From positions 62,064,001 to 62,128,000 of the forward strand of contig CM059438.1 of assembly GCA_030390025.1 (NCBI GenBank): a DNA stretch of 64,000 bases, given 5' to 3'. The notes under the pieces are model-generated. The model was not told the DNA's origin. It worked only from the letters and a program-made list of their open reading frames with translations, and did not search any database. Positions 60,290-64,000 of this stretch are shown one piece after another (position 1 is the stretch's first letter; each line of letters opens with the position of its first letter). The position numbers and the translations under genes are program-made. The stretch comes from Squalus acanthias. Taxonomy: Eukaryota.

Positions 60290-61050
60290 TCCGAGTTTGC
60301 AGATCATATTAAGCTAATAGGCATACTGAACTGTGAATAGAGCGGAAAGTTGCAAAAAGGATATAGATTAATTGAGTGGACAGAATGTTGGCAAATGAAG
60401 CTGAAAGTAACTGTGAAGTAGTACACAAGTAAGAATGGCAGATGGGAATAATGGCATTAGAGGCACTAGAGTGTAGATGAACAGAGGGTTTTCGAGGTAC
60501 AGCTACACACAAGGCTAGGTGCAAAAAGGATCAAAGCTCAGCATCCTATTTTTTATCATGAAAGATATAAAATGTGAAATCACAGAAGTGCAACTGGAGT
60601 TGTACAGAACACTGGTCAGATCTCATTTGGAGAACTTCAATTTTGGCAACTTTACTTTTAGAGAAGGACCAGTAACTATTCACCAGGAGGATACTTGGGG
60701 TAAAGGGACTGAGTTATTATGAGAAACTGGATGTGCCTGGGGTTTTACTCGTTGGAGATGAGGAAGTTGTGGGATGATCTGATTGAGATGTTTAAAATAT
60801 TGAAGGGAGTTGACAGGATATATAATGAAACCAGGAAAAAAAATCTTCAGCAAAGGTTGTGGGAATGTGGAATTCCCTGCCCCAGAAAGTGATAGATGCA
60901 GAATCAGTTGAAGTGTTTTAAAGAGAAAGATATGTACTTGGAAAGTAATTGTATTGAGGAGAAAAAATTGTGTATTGGGAGTGCAAAAATAACTATGGCT
61001 AACAGAATGGTGGTGCAGCTCAGTGGGTCAAATGACCTCCTCTTGTTCCT
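60290..61050 (+). mobile_element. Old decayed CR1 3' fragment
   Basis: LELYRTLVRSHLE; GATCTGATTGAGATGTTTAAAAT; TGTGGAATTCCCTGCCCCAG. Confidence 0.6.
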
Positions 61051-61075
61051 AAGCAGTAGCACTGCAAATAGATGA

Positions 61076-63655
61076 ATAGTGTAAAGGGCAGAGAAGGGGA
61101 AGAATTTCTGAAGTGTGTTCAGGAGAACTTTCTGGATCAGTATGTTTCCAGCCCAACGAGGAAGGAGGCATTGCTGGATCTGGTTCGAGGGAATGAGGTA
61201 GATCAAGTGGAGCAAGTGTCAGTAGGTGAACATTTAGGAATAGTGATCATAGTATCATAATGCTTAGATTAGCTATGGAAAAGGACAGGGAGCAATCTAG
61301 AGTAAAAATACTTAATTGGAGGAAGGCCAATTTCAGTGGGATGAGATCTGGCCCGGATAAATTGGAATCAAAGATTTTTTTTAATTATTCGTGCATGGGA
61401 TCTGTGCGTAACTGGCAAGGCCAGCATTTATCCCCATCCCTAATTGCCCTTGAGAAGGTGGTGGTGAGCTGCCTTCTTGAGCCCCTGCAGTCCGTGTGGT
61501 TAAGGTACTCCCACAGTGCTGTTAGGGAGGGTGTTCCAGGATTTTGACCCAGCGACGATGAAGATTGGTAGGCTTCCAACTGCAGTGGAACAATGGGCTG
61601 CCTTTAACGAGGAAATAGTTCGGGTACAGTCGAGGTACATTCCCACTAGGGGGAAAGGTAGGGCAACTAAGGTCAGAGCTCCCTGGATGACGAAAGAGAG
61701 AGTAAGATGAAGCAGAAAAAGAGCGTGTATGACAGATGTCAGGTCGAGAATACATCTGAGAATCAGGCTAAATATAGAAAGATCAGAGAAGTGAAAAAGA
61801 AAATAAGAGGGGCACAGAGAGGGTATGAGAATAGAATGGCAGCTAACATAAAAGGCAATCCAATAGTATTCTATAGGCATATAAATAGTAAACGGGTAGT
61901 AAGAGGGGGGGGTGGGGCCGAGTAGGGACCAAAATGGAGACCTACACATGGAGGCAGAGGGTATGGCTGAGCTACTAAATGAGTACTTTACATCTGTCTT
62001 CACCAAGGAAGAAGATGCTGCCATAGACATAGTGAAGGAGGAGGTAGAGGAGATGCTGGATGGGATAAAAATTGATAGAGGAGGTACTAGAAAGGCTGGC
62101 TGTACTTAAAGTAGACAAGCCACCAGGACCAGATGGGATGCATCCTAGGACGCTGAGGGAAGTGAAGGAAGAAATCGCGGAGGTACTGGCCATAATCTTC
62201 CAATCCTCCTTAGATGCGGGGGTGGTGCTAGAGGACTGGAGAATTGCAAATGTTACACCCTTGTTCAAAAAGGGGTGTAAAGATAAAGCCAGCAACTTCA
62301 GGCCAGTCAGTTTAACCTCGGTAGTGGGGAAGCTTTTAGAAACAATAATCGGGGACAAATTTAACAGTCACTTGGACAAGTGTGGATTAATTAAGGAAAG
62401 CCAGCACGGATTTGTTAAAGGCAAATCGTGTTTAACCAACTTGATTGAGTTTTTTGATGAAGTAACAAAGAGGGTTGATGAGGGCAATGCGGTTCACGTG
62501 GTGTACATGGACTTCCAAAAGGCGTTCGACAAAGTGCCACATAATAGGCTTGCCAGCAAAGTTGAAGACCATGGAATAAAAGGAACAGTGGCAGCATGGA
62601 TCCGAAATTGGCTAAGTGACAGGAAACAGAGAGTAGTGGTGAACGGTTGTTTTTCGGACTTGAGGAAGGTACACAGTGGTGTTCCCCAGGGGTCGGTTCT
62701 AGGACCACTGCTTTTCTTTATACATATTAATGACTTGGACTTGGGTGTACAGGGAACAATTTCAAAATTTGCAGAACTTGGAAGTATAGTGAACAGTGAG
62801 GAGGAGAGTGATAGACTTCAAGAGGACATAGACAGGCTGGTGGAATGGGCGGATACGTGGCAGATGAAATTTAACGCAGAAAAGTGCGAAGTGATACATT
62901 TCGGTAGAAAGAATGAGGAGAGGACTTATAAACTAAAGGGTACAATCCTAAAGGGGCGCATGAACAGAGAGACCTGGGGGTATATGTGCACAAATCGTTG
63001 AACGTGGCAGGGCAGGTTGAGAAAGCAGTTAAAAAAGCTTACGGGATCCTGGGCTTCATGTATAGAGTACAAAGGTATGGAAATTATGATGAACCTGTAT
63101 AAAACACTGGTTCGGCCTCAACTGGAGTATTGTGTCCAATTCTGGGCACCGCACTTTAGGAAGAATGTGAAGGCCTTAGAGCGGGTGCAGAAAAGATTTA
63201 CGAGAATGATTCCAGGGATGAGGGGCTTCAGTTACGTGGATAGACGGGAGAAGCTGGGGTTGTTCTCCTTGGAGCAGAGACGATTGAGAGATTTAGATCT
63301 GGACAGAGTAGATGGAGAAAAACTGTTCCCATTGGCAGAAGGGTCGAGAACCAGAGGACACAGATTTAAGGTGATTGGCAAAAGAACCAAAGGCGACATA
63401 AGAAAAAACTTTTTTATGCAGCGAGTGATTAGGATCTGGAATGCACTGCCTGAAAGGGTGGTGGAGGCAGATTCAATCACGGCTTTCAAAAGGGAGTTGG
63501 ATAAGTACCTGAAGGAAAAAAAATTTGTAAGGGTACGGGCAAAGGGCGGGTGAGTGGGACTAGCTGAGGTGCTCTTGCAGAGAGCTGGCACGGGCTCGAC
63601 GGGCCAAATGGCCTCCTTCTGTGCTGTAACCATTCTATTATTCTATGATTCTAAC
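61076..63655 (+). mobile_element. CR1 LINE, 5'-truncated ORF2 with a long RT ORF and 3'UTR
   Basis: 309-aa RT ORF 62072-63001 ([32 protein letters not shown]); the DDTK codons of the FADD motif appear deleted; (ATTCTATG)n tail. Confidence 0.95.
61374..61562 (-). mobile_element. LINE family B 3' tail nested in CR1 (same insertion as 46462-46650)
   Basis: Identical boundaries and the same flanking AAGATT. Confidence 0.88.
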
Positions 63656-64000
63656 TAGCTGTATGTGCGATCCCTTCCCCTATCTCAGATACTTAATATA
63701 TCTGCTTTGTCCTTTGCGTCTAGAGATGGGGAAAGGGAGCAATCCCATTCTCCCACATGGTCTGAAATTAGTTTGTCTTCTGCAGTGAGAATAGGCAGTT
63801 AGAGCTGAATAGCCCTACCTCCTTCTACTGCTGTTTGGAAAGTAAGGGTAGGAGACTGTGCTGATAATTAATATGGAGGATGGGAGGAAAAACTGAGACA
63901 CAAAGGACCTAAGAGGCGAGGAGTGAAGATGGTGGAAAGCAGAGAAGCCCAAGGAATAGAGATTTGGATGTATGGAATGGAGGACAGCAACTTGCATTTA

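Noticed and set aside
62072..63553. Active reverse transcriptase gene
   Set aside because: Catalytic FADD region deleted, frameshifts, 5'-truncated.
40217..64000. Next PNPLA7 exon (expected VE.LT.Q.RATTVHAVRD)
   Set aside because: Not found by eye; it probably lies beyond the window, though a miss cannot be excluded.

Overview
Eukaryotic intronic DNA, almost certainly from a shark or other cartilaginous fish. This is inferred from the repeat content: Deu-domain SacSINE1-type SINEs, an HE1-like SINE, abundant CR1 and L2 LINEs, and a ~68-bp shark-type minisatellite. The only host gene is on the + strand: seven internal coding exons (11210-40216) of a neuropathy-target-esterase family gene, best matching PNPLA7. 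They cover the linker, the second cNMP-binding domain and the start of the third, and they join in frame through GT-AG introns. The rest is dense, nested transposable-element debris (CR1, a second CR1-group LINE, L2, RTE, SINEs, TIR MITEs, a possible LTR, Penelope-type fragments). Most notable structures: a ~455-bp near-perfect inverted duplication (21586-22672); a pre-miRNA-like hairpin made of tail-to-tail SINE/L2 ends (13792-13900); a 109-bp hammerhead-motif insertion with an 11-bp TSD sitting in frame in a CR1 ORF2 (44061-44169); a chimeric LINE endonuclease; and two CR1 copies 15 kb apart sharing the same nested insertion. Repeat family names come from recalled consensus sequences, not a database search, and most repeat boundaries are approximate.
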